A stretch of DNA of 64,000 bases from Chloroflexota bacterium (GTDB lineage Bacteria > Chloroflexota > UBA11872 > VXOZ01), in contig OZ244775.1 of the NCBI GenBank assembly GCA_965219505.1, positions 1,101,929-1,165,928 on the forward strand. The letters run 5' to 3'. Below the pieces are notes generated by a model that had not been told where the DNA came from, searched no databases, and saw only the letters and a program-made list of their open reading frames with translations. The translations under genes were made by a program, and so were the position numbers. Shown one piece after another: positions 10,370 through 22,950 of this stretch. How positions within the stretch are numbered: the stretch's first letter is position 1; every line of letters starts with the position of its first letter.

Positions 10370-11804
10370 GGAACAGGGTGAGCGGAATCCCGTCTGCCCG
10401 CCGTACCCGGTAGTAGGTACGCGTAAGCGGCGCAGCCAGCCACCAGAGATCGAAGCACCATTGGTCGTCGATGCAGGCTACCTGATGCCACCGGTTCTTC
10501 AAGCGTACGGCTACGGGCTGGTTATCCTCGCCTGCCCGCACTTCCGTTGCCGTGGGCGTCGCCAGGGGTCTCATGCTGTCCTTCACCGCCGGATCGATGG
10601 GTACCTGCAGCGCGCGCAACTCCGGCGCGGGATGCCAGGGCGCAATATCCACCACCCGGAACAGCGCGCGCTTGCCCTGCATACGGGCTTGGAGCTGTCT
10701 GTCCGCCTCTACTAAACGGTCGGTCCTATCCTTGCGGACGTCGCGGAGCAGCCCCATCTGCATAGCGGACTCGCCCGTCAGATTCGCCAGGGTGAGCGTC
10801 ACCTCCTCGACAGGCGCGGGAGGATAGTCGGATTCCAGACGGCTTCTGATGATGCGCGCGGCCCGCTCGCAACCAACGCCGTGCTTGAAGTGGACGATTC
10901 TTTCCCACGGCGACGAGCGGAAAAGGCTGCACTGTATGGTGGCCTGCTCGGCATACCGCCCCCGCATCTGCGGCCGCGCGTACGCGCTCTTCAGCAGACC
11001 GTCCAGTGTCACCAGGAAGAGTTCCAGGGAGGTAGAGACAAACGGCAGCGTGACGTGTGCGGCAACGGACTCCTCGTGTTTTAGCGGGACAAAGGCCTCG
11101 TCGTCTATACCGTGGCAGAGCTGCCAGGCCCGGGTGCCGTCAGCGCCGAACTGGTCGCTGAGTTGGTCTACGCGCATGGCCGCCACGTCGCCCAAGGTGC
11201 GCAAGCCGAAGCGTTGCAGGCGCGCCAGCACTGCGGGAGCGAGCGGCAGCAGCGTAACGGGATGCGGCGCTAAGAACGCAGCCGCATACTCAGGCACTCG
11301 CGTTACCTCACCTGCCCGGCTGGCTTGGGCTGCGACCAGAGCAGGAAACTTGGCGTCCGCTACGCCTACGCGCGGCGCGAGGTCTTGGGGCACGGCGTTC
11401 AGCAAGGCGGCGGCAAGCCGCTCTTCACCTCCGTAGAGGGCCTCCAGTCCGTCGAGGCGCACGTACGCGACACCCAGCGCCGCATGCTCCACCCGATCGC
11501 TGACCTCCTGGAGAGAAGTAAGCACCTGCCGGAATACCTGCCGGTACGCCGGTTCGTTGGCTTCGATGACGACGGTGTTGGCATTATGGGAGAGCGCCTC
11601 CTCCAGCGACATGCCCACCGCTACCCCGGTGGTGGCCGGAAAGACGTCAATGACCTGAGGGCTGCTCGCCGAGCGGTCGACTATCACGGCTGGCGCTTGC
11701 GCCAGCTTGGGCTGCCGCCGCAACTCGCACTTGGCCCGCAAGTGGGTAATGAGCACACAGGCAACTTTCATGATGCCGCACCTCTTGTCTCCATTCCTTG
11801 CCAT
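10329..11804 (-). CDS. imuB: ImuB (catalytically inactive Y-family polymerase-like mutasome subunit)
   Basis: Y-family/ImuB-like N-terminus (MKVACVLITHLRAK; likely true start near 11771). It lacks the DMDxFF catalytic acidic motif of DinB. It overlaps and precedes dnaE2. Confidence 0.7.
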   Translation of the reverse strand: MARNGDKRCGIMKVACVLITHLRAKCELRRQPKLAQAPAVIVDRSASSPQVIDVFPATTGVAVGMSLEEALSHNANTVVIEANEPAYRQVFRQVLTSLQEVSDRVEHAALGVAYVRLDGLEALYGGEERLAAALLNAVPQDLAPRVGVADAKFPALVAAQASRAGEVTRVPEYAAAFLAPHPVTLLPLAPAVLARLQRFGLRTLGDVAAMRVDQLSDQFGADGTRAWQLCHGIDDEAFVPLKHEESVAAHVTLPFVSTSLELFLVTLDGLLKSAYARPQMRGRYAEQATIQCSLFRSSPWERIVHFKHGVGCERAARIIRSRLESDYPPAPVEEVTLTLANLTGESAMQMGLLRDVRKDRTDRLVEADRQLQARMQGKRALFRVVDIAPWHPAPELRALQVPIDPAVKDSMRPLATPTATEVRAGEDNQPVAVRLKNRWHQVACIDDQWCFDLWWLAAPLTRTYYRVRRADGIPLTLFHDRRGGRWYQQAA

Positions 11805-11989
11805 TATAGAACTTCCTTTTTACGCAGAAACCGCAATGGAGGGATATAATGATTCACGATGGTATGTCGAAAGGGAGCCAGCACTGTGTGCCACAGCTAA
11901 AACGGTTAAATGCCTAGCTAAGAGGGCCGGCAAACCACCCGCAACCTACAATGGTTCAAGCTACGTCTACCAATTTCAACCCCGCTTCC

Positions 11990-12019
11990 TTGACACCGTG
12001 GCGCGTTGTTTGGTACATT
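11990..12019 (+). promoter_or_regulatory. Candidate sigma70-type promoter for the 23S-5S rRNA transcript
   Basis: TTGACA (11990-11995), 18-nt spacer, TACATT (12014-12019), ~80 nt upstream of the 23S 5' end. A GCCCTAgaaaTAGGGC hairpin follows at 12028-12043. Confidence 0.4.
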
Positions 12020-12100
12020 AGTGGATGCGCCCTAGAAATAGGGCGGTACATTAACAAGTGAATATGCGCAAGCAGAACTTCAATTTTGCCGATTAAAAGC

Positions 12101-15192
<3,092 letters not shown>

Positions 15193-15431
15193 GCTTCTAA
15201 TCGGCAAATTTGGAGTTCTGCAATCTGTGAATTATTCTCCAAGCGCGAGAATTCTATCACCTAGGTCGGGAAAGTCATGGCGGGTTTGTACGCCAGGCGT
15301 TCCCAATAAAGAACTGCGCATCGTTCACTATTGCACTTTGACATAACGCGTCGTCTCTTGATGTGCGCCTGCTACCCGTCGTTGGGCGGCCTCGCACGTA
15401 CGGCACGTTTCTAATATCCCAGTCAAGAATT

Positions 15432-15550
15432 CCTTGGGTGACAAGGCGAGGGGGGTACACCCGTTCCCATCCCGAACACGGTAGTTAAGCCCCTTAGCAC
15501 TGACGATACTGCACGGGCGACTGTGTGGGAAAATAGGCCGTTGCCCAAGG
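15432..15550 (+). rRNA. rrf: 5S ribosomal RNA
   Basis: CCTTGGGTGACAAGGCGAGGGGGGTACACCCGTTCCCATCCCGAACACGGTAGTTAAGCCCC...GGCCGTTGCCCAAGG with complementary ends; ~240-nt spacer after the 23S. Confidence 0.9.
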
Positions 15551-15562
15551 ATTTTTGAATCT
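15551..15562 (+). terminator. T-rich tract after the 5S terminal helix (putative rrn terminator)
   Basis: The 5S terminal stem is followed by ATTTTTGAATCTC. Confidence 0.35.
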
Positions 15563-15616
15563 CTGGATAGGTGGCATGGGCGCAACCCACATTCTCAAGT
15601 GAATACATGAACTCCA

Positions 15617-16108
15617 ATGACTATCCATGACGTTCGGTCTGCTCATGAATTGGATCTTCACGAACAAACCTGGCAGGAAGCCCTGCAAAACTTCATCGAA
15701 TTCTATAACGAATGGCTCCAAGGCGCCGGAGGCGGCGCAGCCGCAGCTATGGACGTCATCCACGGCTACGGTTCGGCCGGAACCGGCGGCGTGCTGCGGA
15801 AGCGGTTGCAAAGCTTCTTGGCAGAACAGGCGGGCCAGGGGCGCTTGGAATTCACCCCGGGCGAGCATGTAGACTCCAATCTCGGCCACACGGTGGTGCG
15901 GCCGATCGCACCGCTCCCGGTCATGCACGAGTTGCTCGCGGAAGAGGTGTTGGTCTACTGTGAGCGCCCCCGCTCCCTCAGTAAAATCTGCGGCAAGTTT
16001 CGCCGCCACGGCGAACCGGCCGTGAAAGCAGCTATTGACTCTCTGGTCAAACAGCGGCGCCTGCGTTCGAATGGTAAGGGCAACCGCAAAGCGTACGAAG
16101 CAATCTAG
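15617..16108 (+). CDS. Smr (small MutS-related) domain protein
   Basis: HELDLHEQTW...AMDVIHGYGSAGTGGVLRKRLQSFL matches the Smr LDLHG...IHGkG...Lr..v signature. Confidence 0.5.
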   Translation: MTIHDVRSAHELDLHEQTWQEALQNFIEFYNEWLQGAGGGAAAAMDVIHGYGSAGTGGVLRKRLQSFLAEQAGQGRLEFTPGEHVDSNLGHTVVRPIAPLPVMHELLAEEVLVYCERPRSLSKICGKFRRHGEPAVKAAIDSLVKQRRLRSNGKGNRKAYEAI

Positions 16109-16183
16109 TGTCTTGTCATCTCCAAGGAGAACTAACTGCACTGCTGACGTGGCGGCTGGGACAACGGGCAGATAGGATAAACG

Positions 16184-16398
16184 ATGAAGTACGCAGTAGT
16201 GATTGAAAAGACACCGCTAACTACGCGGCTTACCTGCCGGACCTACCGGGATGCGTGGCTACGGACGATACGTGGGAGGCAGTTGTGCAGCTCATGCAGG
16301 AGGCGATAGCTCTTCACCTCGAATGCATGCGGGAGGACGGCGTCCCAATTCCGGAGCCGCAAGCGTCTGCTGTGGTGGTGGGGTATAGGTGCAAGTGA
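16184..16398 (+). pseudogene. HicB-like antitoxin (UPF0150), split by a frameshift near 16213-16220
   Basis: MKYAVVIEKT (frame 1), then in the -1 frame NYAAYLPDLPGCVATDDTWEAVVQLMQEAIALHLECMREDGVPIPEP. Together they match the HicB family pattern MKYxVVIEK..GYxAxxPDLPGC..G.T.EEA......AI..HLE...EDGxPIPEP. No hicA is seen adjacent. Confidence 0.55.
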
Positions 16399-16547
16399 AA
16401 GAAGTGATGCATGTTGCACGTGAGTCTAGTTCATCTGCTTCTACGCTAGGCATGTCATTCGCGAAACACTTGCCTCCACGGAATTTGGCTTCAGCAGGTA
16501 ATCTCGGTGCCGCAATGCGCTTTTTCCGTCAAAGGACACTGGATTAG

Positions 16548-17354
16548 ATGTGGCAAGTACACGAAACTTCGCGTGGCGACCATTTAGTGCGCCGCGTGGT
16601 CTATCCGCTTAGGTATCAGCATGGTAGGCACCTGCTGCAGCAGGTGTTGGCGGTGGATGCGGCGCGGGTGGCGCGGACGGCAGGTGCTCGCAGGCCGCGT
16701 TCGTATCGTCGTGGCGATACCGAGCCTCCTGAGGATGGAGGAGCGAAGGGTCAAAGGGCGACTGGCGAGACGGGAGACAAAGTCCCGCCGGACGTGCGGC
16801 GCATGCTCTTTCTGGATACGGAGACGACCGGTTTGGGTGGGCCGGGGACGTACGTCTTTCTGGTGGGAATGGGGTACTTAGAGGATGATGCGTTTGTTGT
16901 AGAGCAGCACTTCATTCGTAGCCCGGATGAAGAAGCTGCCATGTTGCAGGTAGTTGCAGAGATACTGCCCAAGTGGCCGGTCATGACCACTTTCAACGGC
17001 GTTAGCTTCGATCTGCCGTTGCTGCGCGCACGCATGAAAGCCCACGACATCCAGGTCGACCTTCGGAAGATTCTGCATTGCGATTTGATTTACGGCGCGC
17101 GGCGCCTCTGGCAACGGCAGCTTCCCAATTGCCGCCTCCAGACGCTCGAAAGATATATCCTCGACGTAAAGCGACAGGGCGACGTGCCCTCAAGCAAAGT
17201 GCCGGGCCTCTATTTTGACTATCTGGAGTCCGGAGAGATCGCGTCCCTCGAGGCTGTGTTTCACCATAATTTGCTCGACATAATCTCCCTCGCCGGTCTC
17301 ATGATCGCCATGCACGAGCATGTGGCGGAATCCTCGCGGGAAGGTGGCGACTAG
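16548..17354 (+). CDS. Predicted RNase H-like DEDD exonuclease (COG3359/YprB-like); probable true start ~16803
   Basis: MLFLDTETTGL...VFLVGMG...MTTFNGVSFDLPLLRAR matches the COG3359 FLDTETTGL...NG..FD.P.L signature; the upstream 85 codons are probably a spurious extension. Confidence 0.55.
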   Translation: MWQVHETSRGDHLVRRVVYPLRYQHGRHLLQQVLAVDAARVARTAGARRPRSYRRGDTEPPEDGGAKGQRATGETGDKVPPDVRRMLFLDTETTGLGGPGTYVFLVGMGYLEDDAFVVEQHFIRSPDEEAAMLQVVAEILPKWPVMTTFNGVSFDLPLLRARMKAHDIQVDLRKILHCDLIYGARRLWQRQLPNCRLQTLERYILDVKRQGDVPSSKVPGLYFDYLESGEIASLEAVFHHNLLDIISLAGLMIAMHEHVAESSREGGD

Positions 17355-17449
17355 TGCGATTTTAATCGCGCTTCCGGACCCACTTGCGGCAGGTTATATG
17401 CATTGCCTCCAACTTCAGTGTTATGGGCAAGGCACTCCTCTCTGCAAAA

Positions 17450-18590
17450 ACGTGAAGACTTCAGTATCTGGATTCGCTAGACTCACAAACGAAGTGCAAC
17501 ACCATGCTAAGGTGTTGCCATGGGAAAACAGTACACGCATTTTACCATTGAAGAGCGGTGTGAACTGGCCCGACTTCACGCCGCGGGGCACTCGCACCGG
17601 GAAATCGCTGCAGCTCTGGATCGCGCGCCATCGACCATTGCGCGGGAGGTGAAACGAAATGGCACACAGCGTGATGGCTATCAAGCGCGGTATGCCCAGG
17701 AACAGGCGCTGGCGCGGCGGTGGGGCGGCGGCAAGCTGGAGCGGGATGCTGCGTTGCGCAAGACCGTGCTGGAATACTTGCAATACGGCTGGTCGCCGGA
17801 GCAGGTGGCGGGATACCTGGCGCGGGACGCCGGTGCGCCGGTCATCTCGCACGAGACCATCTACCGTTTCAGGGAACCGTAGGTTCAAATCATTTACGCG
17901 CAAATGGCACGCACCAAGAACGGGAACTGGCGGCATTACCTGCCGCGTGCCAAGTCCAAGCGCGGCTGGCGTGGGCGCAGAGGCGGCAGTCCGGCCTCCT
18001 TCATTGCCCAGCGCCGTCCACTGGCGGAACGGCCCAGGCGGCGGCAGACCGCCAAACCCCCGGCCACTGGGAGGCTGATCTGATGCTTTTTGGGAGAAGC
18101 GGCCACGCGGTGCTCACCCTGCATGAGCGCCACTCGCGCTTGCTCATCGCTGCGCGCCAACCCGGCAAGGCGGCAGAGCCTATTGCCAGCGCCATGTGCG
18201 ACCTGCTGGCGGGATTGCCGCAAGACTGGCGCCAGACCGTCACCTTTGACAATGGCACCGAGTTCGCGCGTCACTACCGCCTCCACGACTTGGGCATCCA
18301 GACCTTCTTCTGCGATACCCACGCGCCCTGGCAGAAAGGCGGCATCGAGAACGCTATTGGACGCATGCGGCGCGGGCTGCCGCGCAAGACCGACCTGGCG
18401 ATGGTCAGCGAAGAACGCTTTGCGCAACTGGTGCAGGCGTACAATCACACCCCGCGCAAGTGCCTCGGCTACCAAACGCCAGCAGAAATATTCATCAACC
18501 AACTGTTGCACTTGAAATGTGAATCCACCTTCCGGCTTTCGCCGGAATGACGGGCTGCGGAGTTGTCATCTTGGTGGAGGGATGTTCCCA
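17450..18590. mobile_element. Degenerate IS30-family element (ends approximate)
   Basis: Carries an IS30-type DDE transposase reading frame (HTH, then GHWEADLM, TFDNGTEF, QKGGIENAIG) that is disrupted twice. Confidence 0.7.
17520..18550 (+). pseudogene. IS30-family transposase with an in-frame TAG (17880-17882) and a -1 frameshift at a C5 homopolymer (18057-18061)
   Basis: Frame A reads ...ISHETIYRFREP*VQIIYAQMARTKNGNWRHYLPRAKSKRGWRG...RRQTAKPP. The reading then switches at CCCCC to ...PGHWEADLM...TFDNGTEF...QKGGIENAIGRMRR. A sixth C would restore KPPGHWEADLM. Confidence 0.75.
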
Positions 18591-18599
18591 TTCTCATTG

Positions 18600-18709
18600 G
18601 CGCTTCGACAGGCTCAGCGCGAACGGTAGTAGACAATAGCGCTTCGATAGGCTCAGCGTGAACGGCCGGAGCAGTAGAGGGGATTGCTTTAACAGGCTCA
18701 GGACAGACG
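18600..18709. repeat. Imperfect tandem repeats (~40-nt period, 2.5 copies) GCGCTTCGAYAGGCTCAGCGYGAACGG
   Basis: Copies at 18600-18626 and 18639-18665, partial third copy GCTTTAACAGGCTCAGGACAGACG at 18686-18709. Directly right of the IS30 remnant. Confidence 0.5.
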
Positions 18710-18981
18710 ATTTTGCAGGCCAGGCAAGAGTGCCTTTACACGCTTCGTTCGAATAGAGCGGCAATCGCGCCGCGAGTGGCGGCAAGGGTTACGGCGAGCA
18801 AGCGAACTGAGACTCTCCTTACGTTTGATAATTCAATTCATGCGCAGCTACTATTGCGCGTCCTGTGTGCTACACACTCAAAACTTGACGAATCAGAATT
18901 TGAACAGTACAGTAAGGAGCACTAGGGCTACTATTGTGGCTCCGGGTAGGTTATTGGTAAACATCTGTTTTCAAGGAGGCA

Positions 18982-20415
18982 GTGGCAATGCAGACTGAGC
19001 AGGAAGAAAGAGTACTTACTGGCGTGACGCGTCGGCGACTGCTGGCGAGTGCTGGCATTGGCGGGTTGGGTGTCACAGTCTTAGCGGCCTGTGGCACGGC
19101 CACGGGCACGGCGGCTACCGAGCCCGAGGCCAAAGAGGAGATGAAGGAGGAAAAGCAGGCGGAAGCGGCCCCCGTGACTGAGGAGGTTACGCTGCGTTAC
19201 TACTCCTGGTTCTCGGAACGAGACCAGGGGAACGTGGAAAGCGTGATGTTCGAGCCGTTTGCCGAGGCCAATCCGGGCGCTACCGTGGAGCTTCTGGTCG
19301 CTCCGGGTGGTCTGGTCTCGCAGGGCCTTGAACTTACAACGATGTTGGCCGGAGGTGTCTTGGCTGACGTTTTCATGACCCTTGCGCCGCCGTTGTACGT
19401 GCGCAACGGCCTCGTTACGCCGCTTGATGATCTTATCAAGCGCGATAACTACGACATGACGCAGTTTGCTAAGAACGGACGCACGACGTTTTCCTCATTC
19501 GAGGGCAATGTCTACGGCCTGACCACGTACCATCACGGCGAGGCGATCGCGCTGCTCTATAACCGCACGCTGTTTACCGATGCGGGTGTCGACGAACCGT
19601 CGGAGGACTGGGAAGACTCGTGGACGTGGGACGAATTCCGCGACACGATGCAGCAAATTACCAAGGAGTCCGGCGGCAAGTACACCCAGTACGGACTGGA
19701 CCGTGTGGGCATCAATTACTACCCCAATACCCCCATGCTCTGGGAGGGCGCCTGGATTTCGGATGACTTCCAGTCAATCACCTGCGATTCGCCGGAAGTG
19801 ATCGAAGCGTACGAGTCCTATATTGCGCTGCAACTGCAGGATAGGTCTTGGCCCTCGCGAGATCAGGCCAACGAGAATCTTGGCGAGCCGCAGCGTGGCT
19901 TCACCCACTTCACGCTCGGTCTGACCGGCGTGATCAAGATGGGGTCATGGCAGCTTGGCAGGTACCGCGACACAACCGATATCGACTGGGCGTTTACGCC
20001 TTTCCCAAGGGCCGCGGTCTCCGTGCCTGAGTTCAAGATTTGGGGTTATGGGGTTGGCACCCAGTCGAAGGCGCCCGATCTGGCCTGGGAGTTTGTCAAG
20101 TTCCACATTCCGGAGGACCGCTGGGCGTTGCTTACGAGTAACATCCCAGCACGGCTCGCGGGCGCGGAGAAGTTCCTGCGCGACCTGTATCAGGAACGGC
20201 CTGGCGTGCGTGTTGATGCCTTCGTCAACTCGCTCCCGCTCGGCGGCGACGGCGGTGATCCCGCGCTTGTCACCTCGGCGTGGCCGCGCATGATGGAGGA
20301 AGCGGTCAGACCGCTGTGGGGCGAGATGATTGCCGGTAAAGTGGCGCCGGCCGACGGCTTGAAGAACGTTAAGCCGATATTGGAGGGCATCTTGGCGGAA
20401 GAATCAGCGAAGTAA
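18982..20415 (+). CDS. Extracellular solute-binding lipoprotein of an ABC transporter (family 1, sugar-type); orphan, no permease or ATPase genes adjacent
   Basis: 477 aa. Tat-like RRRLL signal plus lipobox LAAC. Gly/Thr/Glu-rich linker, then an SBP family 1 fold pattern. RBS AGGAGG upstream. Confidence 0.75.
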   Translation: MAMQTEQEERVLTGVTRRRLLASAGIGGLGVTVLAACGTATGTAATEPEAKEEMKEEKQAEAAPVTEEVTLRYYSWFSERDQGNVESVMFEPFAEANPGATVELLVAPGGLVSQGLELTTMLAGGVLADVFMTLAPPLYVRNGLVTPLDDLIKRDNYDMTQFAKNGRTTFSSFEGNVYGLTTYHHGEAIALLYNRTLFTDAGVDEPSEDWEDSWTWDEFRDTMQQITKESGGKYTQYGLDRVGINYYPNTPMLWEGAWISDDFQSITCDSPEVIEAYESYIALQLQDRSWPSRDQANENLGEPQRGFTHFTLGLTGVIKMGSWQLGRYRDTTDIDWAFTPFPRAAVSVPEFKIWGYGVGTQSKAPDLAWEFVKFHIPEDRWALLTSNIPARLAGAEKFLRDLYQERPGVRVDAFVNSLPLGGDGGDPALVTSAWPRMMEEAVRPLWGEMIAGKVAPADGLKNVKPILEGILAEESAK

Positions 20416-20466
20416 GCACCGGCTTTCTCCAGCCGCCCACTGTCTCTGCAAGAGTACAAGAGAGAA

Positions 20467-20495
20467 GGAGCCGTCCTCATTGTGAGGACGGCTCC
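20467..20495. terminator. Bidirectional rho-independent terminator between convergent genes
   Basis: Perfect 13-bp stem GGAGCCGTCCTCA / TGAGGACGGCTCC with loop ttg, followed by TCTTGTTGTCC. It lies between the SBP (+) stop and the hydrolase (-) stop. Confidence 0.7.
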
Positions 20496-20569
20496 TCTTG
20501 TTGTCCTGGAGCTCGGGGCCAACGGCTACGGCAAGAGCTTCTTAAGTGTCGTCCTTCAGAGGACTGGCG

Positions 20570-21619
20570 TCACAGGTATTCCGCAAACCAAGCCAACGTC
20601 CGCTGCCAGGCGTCCTGGGCAGCTTCGGCACTATAGCGCGAACTCGTGTCATTGTGAAACGCGTGATTGGCGTTGGGGTAGATAATCTTCTCGAACGTCT
20701 TGTCACTCTCCTGCATCGCAGACTCGATTGCCGAGATGCCCGCGTTGATCCGCCGGTCTTGCTCGGCATAGATGGCAAGCACTGCCGCCTGTATCTTGGG
20801 GACGTCTTCCAGCGGTGGGTTTGGCCCGTAGAAGGGCACGGCTGCCTTTAGCTCCGGAATCTGCGTGGCGCAGCGCCAGGTTACGCCGCCGCCGAAGCAG
20901 AAACCCGTCATACCGATGCGGTCCGGCGCCACAAAAGCCTGGGACTGCAGAAAGTGCAGCCCGGCCTTGAAGTCATCCACGAACTGCTGCGGGGGAATGT
21001 TACTGAGCAGACCCGGGGCACTGGAGGCGCCGCCTGCAGCATCGGTGCCGCCTTGGCGCGACAGCATGTCGATGGCGAGCCCCACATACCCAGCCTTAGC
21101 AAAGCGGCGTGCCACGTCCCTGATGTGCTCATTCAGGCCGCGATTCTCGTGGCACACCAACACGGCAGGGTACGACACGTCTCCGCTTGGCCTTGCTAGA
21201 TAGCCCATCAGCGCCACGCCGTCTCCGGGCACTTCGACTTCGTTCGCGTCGATGCCAGGATCATCTGGTGACACGGTCATCCCCGGCGTGGATTCAGCGG
21301 CAGACTGCACCTCGGCAGTAGGCGAAGCCGGTTGAGCGGAGGATTCGCTGGCGGTCTCCTGCGAGGCTGCTTGCTCGTCTGGCGTTCCGCAAGCGGCCAA
21401 GATGGCATTGGCAATAGCAACGCTGCCCGTGATCGCGGCGATGCGCTGGAGAGCTTCCCGCCGATTGATCTCACCCTCTTGATAGTCTTCTATGTACTCC
21501 TCGAGAATGTAATCACGCAAGCTGGTATCCTGACCGGCGCCATTCTTCCCTGCATTTGCTAATTCACGTACGTTCATTGCCAACCTCCGGGCATGAGAAG
21601 ACCGTTTATTGCTAGACAC
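20570..21619 (-). CDS. Dienelactone hydrolase family protein with N-terminal membrane anchor/lipobox
   Basis: C-terminal DLH fold pattern (PAVLVCHENRGLNEHIRDVARRFAKAGYVGLAIDM ... GMTGFCFGGG ... HAFHND). N-terminal hydrophobic segment AAITGSVAIANAILAACG. Confidence 0.7.
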   Translation of the reverse strand: MSSNKRSSHARRLAMNVRELANAGKNGAGQDTSLRDYILEEYIEDYQEGEINRREALQRIAAITGSVAIANAILAACGTPDEQAASQETASESSAQPASPTAEVQSAAESTPGMTVSPDDPGIDANEVEVPGDGVALMGYLARPSGDVSYPAVLVCHENRGLNEHIRDVARRFAKAGYVGLAIDMLSRQGGTDAAGGASSAPGLLSNIPPQQFVDDFKAGLHFLQSQAFVAPDRIGMTGFCFGGGVTWRCATQIPELKAAVPFYGPNPPLEDVPKIQAAVLAIYAEQDRRINAGISAIESAMQESDKTFEKIIYPNANHAFHNDTSSRYSAEAAQDAWQRTLAWFAEYL

Positions 21620-21694
21620 CCTACCGCGTTTACCTAAGATTAGCCTGTGTGCATGAGCCTAACTTGACAGTCGTCGCTCGTGCACGCGGGCAGA

Positions 21695-22645
21695 CTAGCC
21701 CACGGGATCTGCACGATGACGCACGGCATCTGCCAAAGCACGATTCACAAGGTGGGTATAGATTTGGGTTGTGGAAAGACTGGAGTGGCCGAGAAGTTCC
21801 TGTATGACGCGTAAGTTCACGTCATTGCGCAGCAAATCGACGGCGAAGCCGTGTCGTAACGCGTGGGGCGCCAGGTGTCCCACACCGGATCTCCGTGCAT
21901 GTTGCGTGATGATCTTGCGCACCATGCGCGGTGAGAGCCTCTTTTCCTTATCTTGGGCGTCATCTTCCGCCGTCATGCCGGGACGGTAGCGGATGAAAAG
22001 CGGTGGAAACTGATCCTCGCGGGTCTCCAAGTACTCGCGTACAGCTAGTTGTGCTCCCTGCTGAAGAAAGACCGGCCGGTCTTTGTCACCTTTGCCTCTG
22101 ATGATGATTTGCAGGAGTTGATCTGTGCCCAATCGCTCCACTGGGAGGTCAGTGCGATCGAGTGCGCACAGTTCCGCCAAGCGCAGCCCCGTTGAGAAGA
22201 AGAGCATGACGAGCGCTCGATCTCGCCTACCCTGGGGGGAATCCTGCGGAATGGAACGGAAGAGGTGCACGATGTCTTCAGCGGTGGGGACGTTGCGCGG
22301 CGCGTGGCGTTGCAGCTTAGGGAGTTGTATCTTGTCGTAGACAAGTACGGCACGGTCCTCGTGCAAGCTGAAGTATCGAAGCATACTGCGCAGGCACGAG
22401 GCGTATTTTGCCAAGGTCGATGCACCTGTATGCGTGCGCTTCCAGGCCAGGAAAGCCGTGATTGTGGGCAACGTGAGATCTTCAACGCGCGTCACCGGAC
22501 GGTTCGTCTTGCTGCAGTACGCGACCAGATCGGAAAGCATCTGCTTGTATGTCCGAACCGTCTGCGGCGAACGGTTTAGGTACCCACAATAGTCAAGAAA
22601 CTGACTGCAATCTTGCCAGAGCGGTGACGACTCTTGTGGATTCAT
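21695..22645 (-). CDS. Tyrosine site-specific recombinase, XerC/XerD-like (phage integrase family)
   Basis: IIRGKGDKDRPVFL ... HALRHGFAVDLL ... LLGHSSLSTTQIYTHL (R-K-H-R-H-Y catalytic set). No IntI-specific insertion, so it is not an integron integrase. Confidence 0.85.
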   Translation of the reverse strand: MNPQESSPLWQDCSQFLDYCGYLNRSPQTVRTYKQMLSDLVAYCSKTNRPVTRVEDLTLPTITAFLAWKRTHTGASTLAKYASCLRSMLRYFSLHEDRAVLVYDKIQLPKLQRHAPRNVPTAEDIVHLFRSIPQDSPQGRRDRALVMLFFSTGLRLAELCALDRTDLPVERLGTDQLLQIIIRGKGDKDRPVFLQQGAQLAVREYLETREDQFPPLFIRYRPGMTAEDDAQDKEKRLSPRMVRKIITQHARRSGVGHLAPHALRHGFAVDLLRNDVNLRVIQELLGHSSLSTTQIYTHLVNRALADAVRHRADPVG

Positions 22646-22950
22646 GCCGTATTCCTAGGGGAGTCTCTTAGAGCAAAGCGCAGAGAATTTATCACGATCT
22701 TTGTACGCCACAGTGGAGCAGGATGGGAAAAAGATCACCCTTGAATTGCAGGACGGTGAGGCGACACGCGCAGCAGAACATCCAGCGATTCAACGGCTAA
22801 TTGGCTACAACCCCTCAGGAATACCGTGCCGGGCCGGTAGCGCTGACTGGAGAAAACTCGTCGGTACGAGCATCAAGACGTCTCGCATGCAAAAGGTTTT
22901 GCCACTCCCGGCCACCGATGCGTGATGGCCTGAAGGACAATATCCAAAGC

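Noticed and set aside
11805-12050. LexA/SOS box upstream of imuB (CACTGTGTGCCACAG resembles CTGT-N-ACAG)
   Set aside because: The palindrome is imperfect and the spacing is wrong for the E. coli-type box. The LexA motif of this lineage is not known to me, so the call cannot be supported
18600-18709. Possible CRISPR array
   Set aside because: Only ~2.5 imperfect units, variable spacing, and no cas genes anywhere in the window
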